Notes under the pieces: generated by a model
Told to the model about the DNA's origin: nothing
The model's database searches: none
Seen by the model: only the letters and a program-made list of their open reading frames with translations
Origin: a bacterium
Lineage (GTDB): Bacteria > Zhuqueibacterota > Zhuqueibacteria > Oceanimicrobiales > Oceanimicrobiaceae
Direction: 5' to 3'
Assembly (NCBI GenBank): GCA_046757525.1
Contig: JBHHYI010000020.1
Span: forward strand, 1 to 36,983
Length of the DNA: 36,983 bases
Translations under genes and position numbers: made by a program
Part shown: positions 34,905-36,983 of the stretch, piece after piece
Layout of the letters: every line of letters begins with the position of its first letter
Position numbering within the stretch: the first letter of the stretch is position 1

Positions 34905-36971
34905 TCACATCCGCAAATCGTCCAGAAATTCGGATGCCGGATCGGTGCCTGTTACCAGAAGGTGATCCCTCGCCCGTGTGCAAGCGACATAAAGGAGATG
35001 ACGTTCCGTGTTGTATACTTCTTCCAGATCGGTGTCGTCTGCGACCGTCTCGATGCGTGCCTGCAAAGGAATAACTTCATCATCACAGGCCATCACAGCA
35101 ACAGCACGGAACTCCAAGCCCTTGGCCAGGTGCATGGTGCTGACAGAAACATGACCGCTGGTGGTTTCTACGTTTTCGTCGAGTATTTTGAAGGAGAGGC
35201 GGGCACCCTGGACTGCTGCCCTGGCTCGATCCAGTTCAGAATCTGAACGCACAAAGACGCTGATTTCGTGCGGCAACAACCCTTCGCTGACTCGTTCCGA
35301 AAGCCAGGTGGCTACATGTTTGATTTCTTCCTCCGGCGTATCGAAAACCGTGATGCTGGGTTCCGGACCGTTGAAAACCGAAATGGTACCGCGCCGGTCT
35401 TCGATATTGCCGTCCACGTCCGACAGTTCCGGTCCCAGGAGTCGATCGGCGCTTATCCTGATCTGGTGGGAAGTGCGGTAGTTGATCCTCAACGTGCGGG
35501 AACGGCCGCGGATTTTCACCCCGAGCGCTTTCCATGAAAACGGCTGCTGGAAAATTCGTTGGCCCAGATCGCCGGCAAAGAAAAGGCTGTTGGGCGTGCC
35601 GGTCCCAAGTGCTGCGAGAAAGCGGAGTTGTGCCACACTCACATCCTGGGCCTCATCTATAATGGCAAAGTCGAATGGTGGGTGTTTGCTGTTCTCCAGC
35701 TTCAAAGCCAGTTTGGAAAACAGGTCGGAGTATGTAATCAGACCACGAGCTGCCAATTTAGCGCGGACCCGCTGGAAAATTGACCAGAGCACAACACGCT
35801 GCTTTTCCGGCAGCCTTGTCTTTCGGCCCAACCGGATCACATCGCGGTATGCCTCCCAGGTTTGCAACTGCCACGCGTCAACCACCTGCTCCCACTCGGT
35901 CATCAAGAAATGAAGTGAAAATTTGTGATCGCCGACTTCCCCTGCGGCTTCTTGGATAAGCTCTTCTACATCCTGCGAGGACACGATGCGAGGGCGACCA
36001 AAGTTCAACTCATACAGCCGGCGGCCAACCGCGTTCATGGCATAGACTTCGACGCGTTCGGCAATTCTGGGTTCGTTGCTGATCAACCGTCTGAGTTTGA
36101 TCCGCAGCGCATTCGCCAGAGTCTCGGAGAACGTGGTCAGGAGCACGCGTGCATCGGGGTTGGCGCGGGCAAGGAAGACGGCGCGGTGCAGCGCGACGAT
36201 GGTCTTACCGGTCCCAGCCGTACCGGACACCCGCGCAGGACCGCCGTAGTCTCTCTCAACGGTTTCCCGCTGGGCCGGATGCAGGAAAATGGTCCATTTT
36301 TCCCAGGGAAATTCCAGTGCCCGTTGCAACTCCTCCTGGTCCCGCATGAGCCGGAACCGGCGTTGCGCATCGGGGTGGTCGAACGGGTCGGCCCCTGCCG
36401 GCGCCGTTGGTGTGAGCTGTGGCGTGGCGCCGGTGGCCAGGTCCAGCACGGCTTCGGCCGCCTCACTCGGCAGGTGATCCACTAGCCTCAAAAGCGTGTC
36501 CTCGTCGGCTTGCTGCACGTCCTCCACCCAATCCGCCGGTACTCCGTAGCTCAAGAGCTCGTCTTCGGAGACATGCGCCAGAAGAGCCGGTTTCTTTTTG
36601 CCCTCGACCTCGACGTATTTAGGCACGGTGATCTCCCTGATGGTCTCACGGATTTCAACCAGTTGCGCAGCGCCCGTTTTGGGGTGTGTTTCCAGCTTGC
36701 GGCGTTCGGCCCAGCGGTAGGCATCTTCGTGGTGACCGACGTAGCATAATAGCAGGCTCGTGTCGGTTCGGTGCACGATCAACCGAATATCGCGGTTCAC
36801 ACGGGCCGACCAGAAGTTAGGGTCCCTGGCCTTGTCGAGCTTGTGGAACTGCATGCCCGGACTGGCCGGATCCATTTGCAGGTCAAAAGCCGTGGTTTTG
36901 ACGGCTTTTTGTTCCTGACTGGTGAGTTTGGCCAGGCTGTCGGTGAAGGTGTCGGCAATGCGGAATTGCAT
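34905..36971 (-). CDS. SF1 (UvrD/Rep-type) helicase with N-terminal RelE/ParE-like domain
   Basis: Walker A GTAGTGKT, IIDEAQD, GDLGQRI, LRINYRT, STMHLAKGLEF and LLYVACTRA. N-terminus FTDSLAKL...PGMQFHKL...WSARVNRDIRLIV resembles the RelE/HigB fold. Confidence 0.9.
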   Translation of the reverse strand: MQFRIADTFTDSLAKLTSQEQKAVKTTAFDLQMDPASPGMQFHKLDKARDPNFWSARVNRDIRLIVHRTDTSLLLCYVGHHEDAYRWAERRKLETHPKTGAAQLVEIRETIREITVPKYVEVEGKKKPALLAHVSEDELLSYGVPADWVEDVQQADEDTLLRLVDHLPSEAAEAVLDLATGATPQLTPTAPAGADPFDHPDAQRRFRLMRDQEELQRALEFPWEKWTIFLHPAQRETVERDYGGPARVSGTAGTGKTIVALHRAVFLARANPDARVLLTTFSETLANALRIKLRRLISNEPRIAERVEVYAMNAVGRRLYELNFGRPRIVSSQDVEELIQEAAGEVGDHKFSLHFLMTEWEQVVDAWQLQTWEAYRDVIRLGRKTRLPEKQRVVLWSIFQRVRAKLAARGLITYSDLFSKLALKLENSKHPPFDFAIIDEAQDVSVAQLRFLAALGTGTPNSLFFAGDLGQRIFQQPFSWKALGVKIRGRSRTLRINYRTSHQIRISADRLLGPELSDVDGNIEDRRGTISVFNGPEPSITVFDTPEEEIKHVATWLSERVSEGLLPHEISVFVRSDSELDRARAAVQGARLSFKILDENVETTSGHVSVSTMHLAKGLEFRAVAVMACDDEVIPLQARIETVADDTDLEEVYNTERHLLYVACTRARDHLLVTGTDPASEFLDDLRM

Positions 36972-36983
36972 GTTACAGTTCCC

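Overview
Bacterial window rich in secreted and outer-membrane genes. At least five proteins end in a T9SS type-A/FlgD-Ig sorting domain and one is a PorV/PorQ-family barrel, which points to an FCB-related lineage such as KSB1, Calditrichota or Ignavibacteria (inference). From left to right: (1) an AT-rich block (1-8.3 kb) with two paralogous membrane-anchored trypsin-like proteases, a vWA/Ig/beta-barrel fusion and a BNR-propeller T9SS cargo; (2) a PduO-type corrinoid adenosyltransferase coupled to a Na+/solute symporter, preceded by a structured leader; (3) an M24 peptidase, sensor kinase and NtrC-type activator, followed by a palindromic enhancer, a consensus sigma54 promoter and LysM, receiver, FN3-FlgD and PorV/PorQ-SH3 genes; (4) a GDPD; (5) on the minus strand, ECF sigma, T9SS propeller, FecR, lipoprotein, TonB-dependent transducer and two tandem T9SS paralogues, one frameshifted at a G8 tract; (6) a decayed Ser/Thr kinase and a RelE-like/UvrD helicase fusion at the right edge. 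Many intergenic spaces hold palindromic REP/MITE-like elements, including a 162-bp MITE with an 8-bp target duplication and several nested elements. I found no rRNA, tRNA, CRISPR array, transposase or reverse transcriptase. All family calls come from reading motifs by eye, not from database searches.
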